Source: Promethearchaeota archaeon (GTDB lineage: Archaea; Asgardarchaeota; Lokiarchaeia; Sigyniarchaeales; SOKP01). Taken from it: a stretch of 64,000 nucleotides of DNA. The stretch is taken from NCBI GenBank assembly GCA_016839585.1, contig JAEOTZ010000072.1:32001-96000 (forward strand), written 5' to 3'. The stretch's first letter is position 1. Each line of letters opens with the position of its first letter. The position numbers and the translations under genes were made by a program. Shown here piece by piece: positions 37,507 to 48,175 of the stretch. Under the pieces are notes generated by a model. The model was not told the origin of the DNA, made no database searches, and worked only from the letters and a program-made list of their open reading frames with translations.

Positions 37507-40500
37507 ATGCTAAATCTTAAAATTTTAGAAGATTTTTCATTTGAAAATGATATTGATAATTTAGATAATATTTTTCAGATTATACTTATAGAACTAAAAA
37601 ATTACCTAGTTTTAAATCCTATCTTAGAAAATGTGAAATTTCTTTACAAAAGTCCCAAAGAATCTGAAAATTTAAGAAAAAATATTTTCAATATAGGAGT
37701 TGATAGACATTTTGAAAGTGGAATTTTAGTAATTGAGGTTTTTGAAAATTATATACAATTCCTACCAATAATTTTATTAAGAGAAATATATAATTCTTTT
37801 ATCCCTGAAGCCATAAAAGAAAATGAAGATATTCAATTTATTATAAATCAAATTGTTCTAAAAGATTTATCTAAATTACGTAAAATTTCTGAATGGAAAT
37901 CCCTACTTAATAAAAACGTAGTTACTTATGAATTATTAGTTTCACAACTTAATAAATTAGATAAATTTCTTAAATTACCTGGAGCTATACAATTTATTTT
38001 TGAATTTATGCGTAGAAATGTTCCATTAATTGAAGAGGGAATGGAGGATATTTATTATAAGATTTTTAAAGAATACGCGTTTAAAACGTCTAAATCTATA
38101 AACGATGATGATATTATCGAGACTTTAAGAGTCTTAATTAACATCTTTTATGATACAGAAGGCTATAAGTACTTATATGATTATCAAAACTTATTTGATG
38201 AAATGAAATCAAATGGAATAATCCAATCTGAATTAAGTAAAAGAAAGTTCACTGAAAATATGAAATGGATTAATAACTTTTCCTACATTTCCCCATCCTA
38301 TCAAATAAATTGGCAAGCATTAAATTTGGTAACAGTTATTTTCAATTTTAAATTTAATCCATTTCTAGAAAAAATAAAAATCTTTAAATTCATTGAACAA
38401 TCTCCATTTCTTATATCTCCCAAATATTCAATAAATAGTAAAATCACAGAAGTATTAGGTTACTTTCTGGTTCCCAAGGTTTATTTAGATGATTTAATAT
38501 CTTTTATTGAGAAGTTATATGATTATGGATATATTCTCGAAAAAAATTATCTTATTCTTCAGAAAATTTCAAACTTCTTGAATTTGAATTATTTTAGAGA
38601 ATTTCATAAGATTAAAAGAAAGATCATTAATTTAAATCATAGAAAATATGAAAAACAATACGAAATTTCATTTGAAATGGAATACAAACCTTCTTTTTAT
38701 GAATCAAAATTATCACTATTAGATTGGATTATTCTTGATAGACTACTCTATGTTTCAGTTACAGGATTTACATTTGAGAAAAGATCAGAAACATTAAATT
38801 ATTTAAAATCCGATTTAGAAGATGAAATTTTAAGTCAAAGTGTGTTAATTGAAAGTATAGATGAAAAATTATCAAAGATATATAACTCTCCAAATCTTAA
38901 AGAAGAAATTATAGAATTCTTAGATTATTATAATAAATTTGGATTTTTTTACGTTAAAGAATTATTAAAAAATCTTTTACTTTGTTTAAATTTAATAGAA
39001 AAGATTCTATTAGAAAATTTAGAAATTAAAAGCGAATATCTACTTTTAGAATTCTTGAAGAAAAATGGTATTTCTCAATCAATTGAAGAAAATATTATAT
39101 TTACTGATAGCAACATAAATAGAATTATTTTTAATGTATTTATACCCCTTTATATCAAATCAAAAGAAAAATTTAGACAAGAAGTTCGAAAGTATCAATT
39201 CCTTTATGAGTTTTTTATATTATGCAGTGATCTAAAAATTTTTAATCCGAAAGCAATGAGACAGATAATTGAAAACTCAGAATTAGGGAGAAGAATTAGT
39301 GATACAAAAAGGGAGAAATTTGAAATGTTCTATGATACAGAAAAACCACATAATATTACGATTCAAGTGATTGATGATAAATTTAAAGAATATCTCAACC
39401 AAAGTACCCACACTCCAGTAATTAAACCTATTTTAATTAACACAATTTATACAAGTGCCTTTTCTAAATATTTTCCTACCATTATTCTCAAAGATACAAT
39501 TGAAGCTAGGGATAAGTTGGATAAGATAAAATTATTTTTTCCAAGAGCTCTTATCATGTTTGTTAAAGATCTAATTTCTAATGAAAACTTAATTATTACA
39601 CAACTTTATCTCCCCAATTTAAAAGTAAAAGAAAAGAATATTTTTATTTCAATTCTTCATAGCATTTTTAAAAAAGATTTAATTAAATTTTCAAGATTTC
39701 ATTCCAGTGGAGAGATTGAATTCTATTCATTAAGAAATTTTTATAATTTTGATAATAAAAAATTCTTTTATACAAAAGATTTATTTGAACAATATTTTCT
39801 TTACTCTAGACAGCTTTTTGGAAAAGAGTTAAAATTAAATCAAGAATCCTATAATAAAATTCAAGGAAAATTTTGGTCCAAAGAAAGAGAAATGTTAAAT
39901 TTAGTTGAACAAATAAATATCAGATTCTCAAAGGAAAATATTGATCTTAACATTTCTAAATTAAATAATCTATTAGTATTTCATTATGATTTACAAAATT
40001 ATTTGTTAGATCGGGAGATATTTAACGGTGAAAAGTCAAAATATTTTTTTAAAAATTATATAAAGTCTATTAAATTTTTACCTGCTCTTCAATATTTTGG
40101 ATTTGGTCAATATTATGTATATATCTATCCCTATAACTTAGATGAAATAGATTTTAGACTTCTGTTGGACAATTCATTTCAAAAAGTCCAGTATCCAGTA
40201 TTCATGGATAAATCGACTTCGATATTCATAAAATATCTATGGCCATATCGAAATCCAAACTTATCATATATACACTGGCTCGCCAAATCGAAAAAGGATA
40301 TTCGAGAGTATTGTATATTCTTCATAAAAAAGATTTACCAACTCTTCCATTTTAACTATAATGTCAGTTCAAACAATTGGATTTATGATTCGAATAGGTT
40401 CAAAATATACATGCAAAATATCCTCTACAATCCTAATTATAAGGTTCAAATTTCAAAATTAAAGGAATTTAATGTAGGTAATTTAAATATCTCTCATTAT

Positions 40501-41115
40501 AATGGTCCAGATTCATCCGATTTTGAAAATTTAACAAAAATTTATAATTGGCATTCAATCGATATTAAATCATATATACTTACAAAAAAATTATCTATGA
40601 TTAATCCTATTATTGATCTTTTAGAAAAAGGCTTAATTTTTCCATATTTAAATTTAAAAAATCTGGATTTATTAGAAAAAATCTATATCATTTTGCCAAA
40701 CGTAAAGCAAGAATTAAATAAGCAGTTAATAGAAATATTTAGTTTTTTCAATTTAGGATTTATTTATGAAATTGAAGGTGAATACTTTATATATGGAATA
40801 TCAGAAGAGGTAAAATTTGAAAATGGTTTAATGATAAAATTATATTTTCCAGATTGTGATCTTAATGAATTTATTAAATTATTTGAATTACTATTCCACT
40901 ATTTAAAAATAGAACATTATCTCATTTTAAATGATTTAGTTGATGGAAAAAATTTACTTAAATCGATTTATAGAAATTTAAATTTCTTAAAAGATTATAA
41001 TCCATTAAAAAATTTAACATGGAATCCAAAAGATAAGATTTGGATGAATAATAAGCTTTTTAATGAGATATTTGAACCAATTTACCATGATCTAATCCCT
41101 GAAGAAAAAGATTAG
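37507..41115 (+). CDS. Large hypothetical protein (1202 aa) with repeated Lrp/AsnC-like modules
   Basis: Long ORF; recurring segments such as ISPSYQINWQALNL, IKFLPALQYFGF, GLIFPYLNLKNLDL. Confidence 0.75.
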   Translation: MLNLKILEDFSFENDIDNLDNIFQIILIELKNYLVLNPILENVKFLYKSPKESENLRKNIFNIGVDRHFESGILVIEVFENYIQFLPIILLREIYNSFIPEAIKENEDIQFIINQIVLKDLSKLRKISEWKSLLNKNVVTYELLVSQLNKLDKFLKLPGAIQFIFEFMRRNVPLIEEGMEDIYYKIFKEYAFKTSKSINDDDIIETLRVLINIFYDTEGYKYLYDYQNLFDEMKSNGIIQSELSKRKFTENMKWINNFSYISPSYQINWQALNLVTVIFNFKFNPFLEKIKIFKFIEQSPFLISPKYSINSKITEVLGYFLVPKVYLDDLISFIEKLYDYGYILEKNYLILQKISNFLNLNYFREFHKIKRKIINLNHRKYEKQYEISFEMEYKPSFYESKLSLLDWIILDRLLYVSVTGFTFEKRSETLNYLKSDLEDEILSQSVLIESIDEKLSKIYNSPNLKEEIIEFLDYYNKFGFFYVKELLKNLLLCLNLIEKILLENLEIKSEYLLLEFLKKNGISQSIEENIIFTDSNINRIIFNVFIPLYIKSKEKFRQEVRKYQFLYEFFILCSDLKIFNPKAMRQIIENSELGRRISDTKREKFEMFYDTEKPHNITIQVIDDKFKEYLNQSTHTPVIKPILINTIYTSAFSKYFPTIILKDTIEARDKLDKIKLFFPRALIMFVKDLISNENLIITQLYLPNLKVKEKNIFISILHSIFKKDLIKFSRFHSSGEIEFYSLRNFYNFDNKKFFYTKDLFEQYFLYSRQLFGKELKLNQESYNKIQGKFWSKEREMLNLVEQINIRFSKENIDLNISKLNNLLVFHYDLQNYLLDREIFNGEKSKYFFKNYIKSIKFLPALQYFGFGQYYVYIYPYNLDEIDFRLLLDNSFQKVQYPVFMDKSTSIFIKYLWPYRNPNLSYIHWLAKSKKDIREYCIFFIKKIYQLFHFNYNVSSNNWIYDSNRFKIYMQNILYNPNYKVQISKLKEFNVGNLNISHYNGPDSSDFENLTKIYNWHSIDIKSYILTKKLSMINPIIDLLEKGLIFPYLNLKNLDLLEKIYIILPNVKQELNKQLIEIFSFFNLGFIYEIEGEYFIYGISEEVKFENGLMIKLYFPDCDLNEFIKLFELLFHYLKIEHYLILNDLVDGKNLLKSIYRNLNFLKDYNPLKNLTWNPKDKIWMNNKLFNEIFEPIYHDLIPEEKD

Positions 41116-41150
41116 AAAATTATTAAAAAATTCTTTTATTTTCAATATTA

Positions 41151-42632
41151 ATGGTTGAAGATCAAAAATATTTCGAAGAATTTGATTCATTATTTTACCC
41201 CAAACATATAGCTTTTATTGGAGCATCAGAGAGTTCTACTTTTGGGTCAATGATGTATTTATCTGCTTTTAAGGATTCAAGATGGAATAATAGTTTTTAT
41301 CCCGTTAATCCAAAACATACTAAAATAATGGAATGGAAATGTTATCCTACTGTTTTAGATATCTCTCACCCTATAGATACGGCTTATATTTCAGTTAAAA
41401 CACAGATTATCCCAAAAGTAGTTAAAGAATGTGTTGAGAAAGGTGTAAAATGGTTAATAGTTTTTGCTTCTGGATTTTCCGAAACAGGAGATCCTGAAGG
41501 AGAAAAATTGGAACAGGAACTTAAGGAAATAATTAAAGGCTCCAAAACAAGAATTATTGGTCCAAATTGTTTAGGTCCTTATAATGCAGAAATTGGAATG
41601 GCATTTACATTTGCTTCTCAAAAAGGGATACCTGGCTCAGTTTCTTTCATGTCTCAGTCTGGAGGTCATTTAAGTCAGTTATTAGATATTGGATTTAAAA
41701 GGGATATTAGATTTCGTTATGGAGTTTCTTTTGGAAACCAAATAGATCTCAATTGTGTCGATTTCTTAAAACATTTCCGTCAAGATCCTAAAACTAAAAT
41801 ATTAGCTAGCTATTTAGAAAGTTTCGGTTCCAGTAATGGACGTGGGTTTTTTTTAGAGCTTAAAAAAACAACAAATATTAAACCAGTAATATTATGGAAA
41901 GGAGGATATACAGATGATGGCTCTCGAGCAGCTTTTTCTCATACTGGAGCAATTGCTACTGATCAACGTTTATGGGCATCGATGGCTAAGCAGACTGGAG
42001 TTTTAATTGTAAAGGATAATGAACAATTTTGGAATACGATTAAAACATTTGAACTTTTATTTCCCCAATATTTTCCAAATGGAAGAAACGTCGGAATAGT
42101 AACTCCAGGAGGAGGATCTTCTGTAAATATGACAGATTTATTTGCAGATCATCTATTAAATGTGCCAGAATTAACCCTTGAATCTCAAGAAAAATTAAGT
42201 AAAATATTACCTAAAGAAAACGTAAATATTAAGAATCCTGTTGATCTTGGAGCGTCTGGTTTTGTTCTCAATATATTTATAGATTGTATTAAAAATGTAG
42301 TTAATGACTCCAATATTGACATAATTGTTGTTCCCTTGTGGCCCCATCATCTTTATAGCCATGTTTTTAAAAGAATGATAAAAGTTCAAAAAAATACCTT
42401 AAAACCTTTTACATTTTGTTTACCTAGTATAGCAGATTCCTTTGAATTAGCACAAAGATTTAAACAAGTGAAAAAGATACTGCATGAATATCGAGTTCTC
42501 TATTTTTTTTCGCTTCGGGATGCTGCAAACAGTCTTTCTTTATTATGTGATTATGTTGATTTCTTAAAATCTCGTAATATTGAAATAGAAAATAAGCAAC
42601 AAGTTTTAAATAGGAGTTTTCTTAAAAAATAG
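41151..42632 (+). CDS. Acyl-CoA synthetase (NDP-forming) alpha subunit / CoA-binding protein
   Basis: IGAS, YPVNP, SGFSE, IIGPNCLG, SQSGG, SHTGA phospho-His, NPVD. Confidence 0.92.
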   Translation: MVEDQKYFEEFDSLFYPKHIAFIGASESSTFGSMMYLSAFKDSRWNNSFYPVNPKHTKIMEWKCYPTVLDISHPIDTAYISVKTQIIPKVVKECVEKGVKWLIVFASGFSETGDPEGEKLEQELKEIIKGSKTRIIGPNCLGPYNAEIGMAFTFASQKGIPGSVSFMSQSGGHLSQLLDIGFKRDIRFRYGVSFGNQIDLNCVDFLKHFRQDPKTKILASYLESFGSSNGRGFFLELKKTTNIKPVILWKGGYTDDGSRAAFSHTGAIATDQRLWASMAKQTGVLIVKDNEQFWNTIKTFELLFPQYFPNGRNVGIVTPGGGSSVNMTDLFADHLLNVPELTLESQEKLSKILPKENVNIKNPVDLGASGFVLNIFIDCIKNVVNDSNIDIIVVPLWPHHLYSHVFKRMIKVQKNTLKPFTFCLPSIADSFELAQRFKQVKKILHEYRVLYFFSLRDAANSLSLLCDYVDFLKSRNIEIENKQQVLNRSFLKK

Positions 42633-42808
42633 TTCAGTTTATAGAACTGATTTTATAATATTTATTGTTTTTTTTATCACAAGTTTCTTCTCTTGAATAG
42701 AGAAAATGTTGAGAAGGTTTGTCAAAAGTTAAAACTATTCTCAAAAAAATAATATCTTTCTTTAAAAGCAACTCTTTTCACATAATCTCTCAATTATTTG
42801 ATTGAAAA

Positions 42809-43318
42809 CTAAAATTTTAAATTTTTATCATGTTTACGAGCCCAATTTAAAAGTATTTTGCTTTTTTTTGGAAAATTAAGTGTTAATACTTTTGCTGCTA
42901 TCTTTCTTATAGTTGGGCTCTCATCTGAGAGCAAACAATCCTGAAGAATTTGAAAAGCCTCATCATTTTTTAAACCCAATAATTCAAATGCTAGGATACT
43001 ATTTTCTCTAACTTCTATTTGATCACTATTTTCAATAAAAAATTTTAATAGATCAGTTGCTTCATTTTTGTTTAACTTCTTTGTAGTAACATAATCATAA
43101 ACTTTTGCTACGTCTAAGTCCTTATTCAAGAATTCCAGAGCATCTTGATATATTAATTTAGATTTAGAATTTTCTTCGATTTTTAATTTTTGAATTAAAT
43201 CAAATGGACAATCATGATTTTCTGGCAATCTATGATTTTTACAAAATATCATTCCGCAATATTTACATCTATATAGCAGTTTACTAATTTTAATATTACA
43301 ATAATAACAATTCGCCAT
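42809..43318 (-). CDS. AN1-type zinc finger + HEAT-repeat protein
   Basis: CYYC...CKYCGMIFCKNHRLPENHDC; C-terminal LLSDESPTIRKIAA. Confidence 0.85.
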   Translation of the reverse strand: MANCYYCNIKISKLLYRCKYCGMIFCKNHRLPENHDCPFDLIQKLKIEENSKSKLIYQDALEFLNKDLDVAKVYDYVTTKKLNKNEATDLLKFFIENSDQIEVRENSILAFELLGLKNDEAFQILQDCLLSDESPTIRKIAAKVLTLNFPKKSKILLNWARKHDKNLKF

Positions 43319-43535
43319 TTTTATTCAATTAATTTAATAGATAAGTAAGTATAAACCTTTTTTATAAAAATTTTTTTCTGCCTAATATATTAATTCAGCC
43401 TTGATAATTCTTAAATCTTTGAATTGTTTAGGGTATTATAGAAAAAAACCAAATTTTTAATTCAATTTACAATTAGACTACACATACTTATTCAATATTT
43501 TATTAGGAAGAAATAAAGAATATGGAGAAAATGAT

Positions 43536-44993
43536 ATGGCTCGACCAAGTCCGTTAGAAATATATGCACTTTTAGATAAGTCTAATTGTAAAGAATGTGG
43601 ATATGATACATGTATGGCATTTGCTACAGATATTCTCGAAAGAAAAATCAAAGTTCAAGATTGTACTCATTTAATGCAAGAGAGAAAACAATTTAAAAAT
43701 CGAGACAAATTAATTAAACTTATAACGCCTCCGCAGAGACCTGTTACTATTGGTGTTGGTGATAGAGCAGTTACTATTGGGGGTGAAGAAGTTTTAATGA
43801 GACATCAACTTACTTATTATAATCAATCAGCAATATTTATAGAAATTGCGGATGATGATTCAGACTTAGAAGATATTGTTAAATACCTTACAGATCTTAA
43901 AATAGAAAGGATAGGGGATGTACTTACGCTTGATGGTCTTGCTTTAAGAAATGTTTCTGGTGATAAAGAACAATTCAAATTAGCAGCGAAAAAAATTGCA
44001 GAACTTTCGAATCTTCCAATTATGTTATGCTGTTTTAATGCAGATATACTATTAGAGACTGCAGAAGAAATTAAGGATAAAAGACCATTGCTCTATGCGG
44101 CAACTAAAGACACTTGGGAACAGGTAGGTAAATTTGCGGTTCAAAATGTTCTCCCTGTAGCTATAGTTTCAAGTAATTTAGATGAATTAATGTCTTTAAG
44201 TGCTACTTTACAAAAATTAGGTGTTAAAGGAATTATCTTAGATTCGGGTACTTTCTATGGTTCTGGTAAACTTTCAATTACTTATGATAATATCATGCAA
44301 TTAAGGAATGCTGCTATAAATAAAGAAGATCCTAATGCTAGTTGGCCTATAATGGGAGTACCTGCAGCTTATTGGAATCAAGTAAAAGTGGAAAATGATA
44401 AAGATCTATGGCTACATCAATATCAAGAAATTATAATGGGTGCTATAATGGAGTCAATAGATACTTCATTAATTGTGATCCATGCAGGGCAAAACAAGAA
44501 GGATATTTGGGCTCTCTTAGCCTTAATGACCTTGCGACAAAGTATTTTTTCTGATCCAAGAATTTATCCAGCTGTAGATCCTGGACTATATACAATTGGG
44601 GAACCAGATGATATGGCACCTATTTTTGTTACCAGTAATTATAGAATGACAAAAATCCCAGTAGAACAAGATTTACAGGGTGCTAATATTGATTGTTTGC
44701 TCTTAGTTGTTGATTCCGAAGGAATTGGTATTGAAAGTGCTGTAGCTGGTGGTCAATTCAATGCTGGTGGTATAGCTGAAGCCGTGAAAGAATTTGGTGC
44801 TTTTGATAAAGTTAAACATCGAATATTAATTATTCCAGGTATGGCTGCAAGATTAAGTGGATCTTTAGAAGATGAGGCAGATGCCTTTGTACTAGTCGGT
44901 CCCCGTGACAGCTCAGGTATTCCAAAATTTATGGAAACCCTATGGAAACCAGAAGAATGCATGAAAGAATACGAATCTTGGGAAAAGGAATAA
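43536..44993 (+). CDS. cdhE: Acetyl-CoA decarbonylase/synthase gamma subunit (corrinoid Fe-S protein large subunit)
   Basis: NCKECGYDTCMAFA..C, IGGEEV..RH, IFSDPR, LIIPGMAA, VGPRDSSGI. Confidence 0.95.
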   Translation: MARPSPLEIYALLDKSNCKECGYDTCMAFATDILERKIKVQDCTHLMQERKQFKNRDKLIKLITPPQRPVTIGVGDRAVTIGGEEVLMRHQLTYYNQSAIFIEIADDDSDLEDIVKYLTDLKIERIGDVLTLDGLALRNVSGDKEQFKLAAKKIAELSNLPIMLCCFNADILLETAEEIKDKRPLLYAATKDTWEQVGKFAVQNVLPVAIVSSNLDELMSLSATLQKLGVKGIILDSGTFYGSGKLSITYDNIMQLRNAAINKEDPNASWPIMGVPAAYWNQVKVENDKDLWLHQYQEIIMGAIMESIDTSLIVIHAGQNKKDIWALLALMTLRQSIFSDPRIYPAVDPGLYTIGEPDDMAPIFVTSNYRMTKIPVEQDLQGANIDCLLLVVDSEGIGIESAVAGGQFNAGGIAEAVKEFGAFDKVKHRILIIPGMAARLSGSLEDEADAFVLVGPRDSSGIPKFMETLWKPEECMKEYESWEKE

Positions 44994-45047
44994 AAATTCT
45001 TCTCTTTTTTCTATTTTTTTTAATATAAGAAATTTAACAATCTGAAC

Positions 45048-45716
45048 CTAAATTAATGACTTTATTTTATCAATGGTTAATTCTTTTATAGAATTAATAA
45101 TAATAATAATAATATGATCATCTTTATATCCTTTTAATTGATGAGCTGAATGGTTTCCTGTAAGTACTCCTATAAATGGGCAATTCAAATTATTTGAGAG
45201 CATAACATCTTTAGGATGGTCTCCAATTATAATGAATTTATTATTAGGATAATTATTTAACAATATTTCTTTTAATTTTGGGTCCAATTTCCCAAGGTTT
45301 TTTCGATCTTCAGTTTCACCTAAGATATAGTCAAAAAAACTATAAATTTTTAAATATTTTACTATTTTTTCTGCCATTTCTTGCTTTTTTGAAGTAATTA
45401 TACCTAATGAAAAATTATACTCCTTTAGTTCTAACAATTTTTTTTTAACACCAGGTAATAATTTTGATTGATAGATTCCTTCAGTTCCGTAATACTCACG
45501 GAAGGCTTTAGCTAGTATTGATGGATTCAGATTTGAAACGCTAGCAAACATTTCTTCCAATGGTGTCCCAATCATCTTTAGGATTGTAATTCTTTCGATT
45601 TTAGGAAAATTAAACTTCTTTAAGGCATAGTTAAATGAATTTACAATTCCTTTTCTATTATTAATTAAAGTGTTATCTAGATCAAAGCTTAATACTATTT
45701 TTTTATTAATCTTCAT
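45048..45716 (-). CDS. HAD-family hydrolase
   Basis: FDLDNTL, ITSK, IGD...D. Confidence 0.9.
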   Translation of the reverse strand: MKINKKIVLSFDLDNTLINNRKGIVNSFNYALKKFNFPKIERITILKMIGTPLEEMFASVSNLNPSILAKAFREYYGTEGIYQSKLLPGVKKKLLELKEYNFSLGIITSKKQEMAEKIVKYLKIYSFFDYILGETEDRKNLGKLDPKLKEILLNNYPNNKFIIIGDHPKDVMLSNNLNCPFIGVLTGNHSAHQLKGYKDDHIIIIIINSIKELTIDKIKSLI

Positions 45717-45745
45717 AAAAGGATTTAAAAAAGGAATTAATTTAT

Positions 45746-47398
45746 CTAATAAATTTTAAAACCTCTAAATAATTTTAAAAGATACATAATTTCCTCAGAA
45801 CTTTCTATTAATCTTCTCAAATTATAAGGAAAACTATTTAATTCAACCTCTTTCCCTTCAGAAATCGTATTAATCATTATTTTTATTATTTTTTTATATT
45901 TTTCAACTGTATTATCTTCAAAGTCTATTTCTGAAATAATTTCCCAAGCTTTATCTAGTTTTCCATTCAGGATACATGATATAGAGGCTAAAACATAACT
46001 ATGTACAATATGAGATTCCCCAATTTTCTTTAGATTAGCCGCTTTATAATAGTATCGATATAAATTTTTTACCATTTCTCTTAAAAGAAAATCCTTTGCA
46101 TCTTCCAGTTGCTCATAAAATTTTATGCTTTCCAAAATAAGAGTAGCTGCTGTAAAAAATTGCTTGTTTTTCAATCCTTCTTCAGCAATTTTATTTAAGC
46201 CTCTTATAATTTGATTGAATATCCCAAATCTATTAAATTCTAAGTTTCCTTCAACAGCCATATCATAAGCATTTAAATAACTTTCTGTAGATTCGTTTAG
46301 ATTATCTATCTTCCAATAATTATCGCCTGCTTTTACAAAATGCTTATATGCCATTTCAAAATTTTCTAATTCTTTAAAAATATTAGCACCATCAAAAAAA
46401 TTAACTGCTGCTTGATTAAAGTCCCCTTCCTTCTCTAAGTAATTTCCTGCTAAAATAAAACAAGAAGCACATTCAATAAGATTATTCTGTATTTCTCGAT
46501 AACATAATCCTGCACCCCGATAATATCTCGCTATTTTATGGTAGTTTTCTTTTTTCTTCTCAATAGCTTCAGCTAAATCAATATAAGCTCCAGCTTCTCT
46601 TTTTGAATATTTTACGAAACGATCATCATCATCTAGAATTTTATACAAATTTTTTAATATTTGACATATTTGAGCTGTTGTTGTACTATTATTTTTTTCT
46701 TTTAATTTAGTAATCAAATCAGAAAAGAATTCTATTCCATCTAAGATAACTTCTTTTGCTTCATTATACTCGTCTATTTCTTCATAGCAAGAGAAAATTT
46801 GTTGATAAGAATAAGATAGCAAATCATAAAAATTATGATTTTTTGAAATCTTGATTACTTTTTCATAATGTTTTATAGCATTTCTGAAATTAGAAGTTTT
46901 TAGATAAAGACTTGCTATGTTTTCATAATTTCGAGCTAATTTTCTTGTTTCATTAAACTCGCTTAAAAGGTTAGTTTCTTGTTTTAGAAATTTAATACTA
47001 TTTGTTATATGCTTTTCTTCTTGTTTACTATCTTGGAACTTTTCATGGTACAAATCTGCAATCCTTAAGTATAATTCAGCAATTTCATGTAACTTTGCTT
47101 GAAATTTATAATCAATAATCTGTTTCTCCCAAAGCTTAATAATAATTTTATATAATCTAAGAGATTGGTTAAAATCGAGTTCCTCAATTAATCCCGCAGC
47201 AGAATATAAAAATTCTCCCGCTTCAAAATACTCTCCTGAAAAAGCTATTTCATTTGAAAAATTTATCGAAGAAGATACGATTTTTTTTATCGATTTATTT
47301 CTTTCTTCAGGATCAGTAATTATTTTAATCTTAGATTCAGATTTTCTGAGTTTTTCTAAAAAATCTGAATAGTCTATGAATTCATCCTCTTCGATAAT
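45746..47398 (-). CDS. TPR/alpha-SNAP-like helical repeat protein, extended to an ATT start
   Basis: Repeats such as ARYYRGAGLCY, AAVNFFDGANIF, AYKHFVKAGDNY; frame stays open 115 codons upstream of the track TTG, to ATT after GAGGAGA. Confidence 0.75.
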   Translation of the reverse strand: MIEEDEFIDYSDFLEKLRKSESKIKIITDPEERNKSIKKIVSSSINFSNEIAFSGEYFEAGEFLYSAAGLIEELDFNQSLRLYKIIIKLWEKQIIDYKFQAKLHEIAELYLRIADLYHEKFQDSKQEEKHITNSIKFLKQETNLLSEFNETRKLARNYENIASLYLKTSNFRNAIKHYEKVIKISKNHNFYDLLSYSYQQIFSCYEEIDEYNEAKEVILDGIEFFSDLITKLKEKNNSTTTAQICQILKNLYKILDDDDRFVKYSKREAGAYIDLAEAIEKKKENYHKIARYYRGAGLCYREIQNNLIECASCFILAGNYLEKEGDFNQAAVNFFDGANIFKELENFEMAYKHFVKAGDNYWKIDNLNESTESYLNAYDMAVEGNLEFNRFGIFNQIIRGLNKIAEEGLKNKQFFTAATLILESIKFYEQLEDAKDFLLREMVKNLYRYYYKAANLKKIGESHIVHSYVLASISCILNGKLDKAWEIISEIDFEDNTVEKYKKIIKIMINTISEGKEVELNSFPYNLRRLIESSEEIMYLLKLFRGFKIY

Positions 47399-47671
47399 CT
47401 TAGTATCTCCTCAAAAAAATTAATAACTATGCATAAAAATTAATATAAAAATAAAAACAGTTTGTTTTCCTTCTTAAAGTTTAGAAAAATTTAAAAAGAG
47501 GTTCCAATAATGTGGAATTTTAATTTACACATATAAAATATACTGAATTATTTTTACAAATAGGAAGATTTCGAATATATTTGATACAATTAAAATTAAA
47601 GAATTAATTATAAATATAAGAACGATTATATAAATATTAATTAAAATCAAATTATTGAGTAGATCAAAAAG

Positions 47672-47881
47672 ATGAAACAAATTTCTGAATTATTGGAAAC
47701 AGGTATCTATGAAACGTTAACAATAGAGAAAAAAATGACTGTTGGCGATTTATTAAAGGAATTAAATCTTGAAAATAAATACTTTGGAATTCTAGTAGAT
47801 GGAAAACGCGCTGAACCTAATACTATCATTACTGAAAAATCTGAAGTTGTGGTCTTGCCTCATATAGCTGGAGGATCATAA
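47672..47881 (+). CDS. Ubiquitin-like beta-grasp protein (ThiS/MoaD/SAMP family)
   Basis: TVGDLLKEL, ILVDG, VVVLPHIAGGS. Confidence 0.88.
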   Translation: MKQISELLETGIYETLTIEKKMTVGDLLKELNLENKYFGILVDGKRAEPNTIITEKSEVVVLPHIAGGS

Positions 47882-48175
47882 CGTTTAAGTTAAATAAAAA
47901 TTTTTATTCTTCTTCTTATTTTTGAGATTCTTATAATTCAATTCTTATAATTCAACATTTCTCCTTCAAGTTTAAAAGAAGATCTAAGATAATAAAACAA
48001 AATCTTTTTAGACTTCAGAGTTTTTATATCAAGATCAAGACGTTTATCCCAGATAATATTACCTTGAACATCATAACCTTTTAACAATTCCTAGAATGAA
48101 TTATAGTTATCCTACTAACCCATTCTATTTAAAGGAAAAAAAAAGAATGATTTAATTAGAATTTACAAATAACTT

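Noticed and set aside
45095-45115. (AAT)n microsatellite encoding poly-Ile in the HAD gene
   Set aside because: Short, in-frame, and expected in AT-rich DNA.
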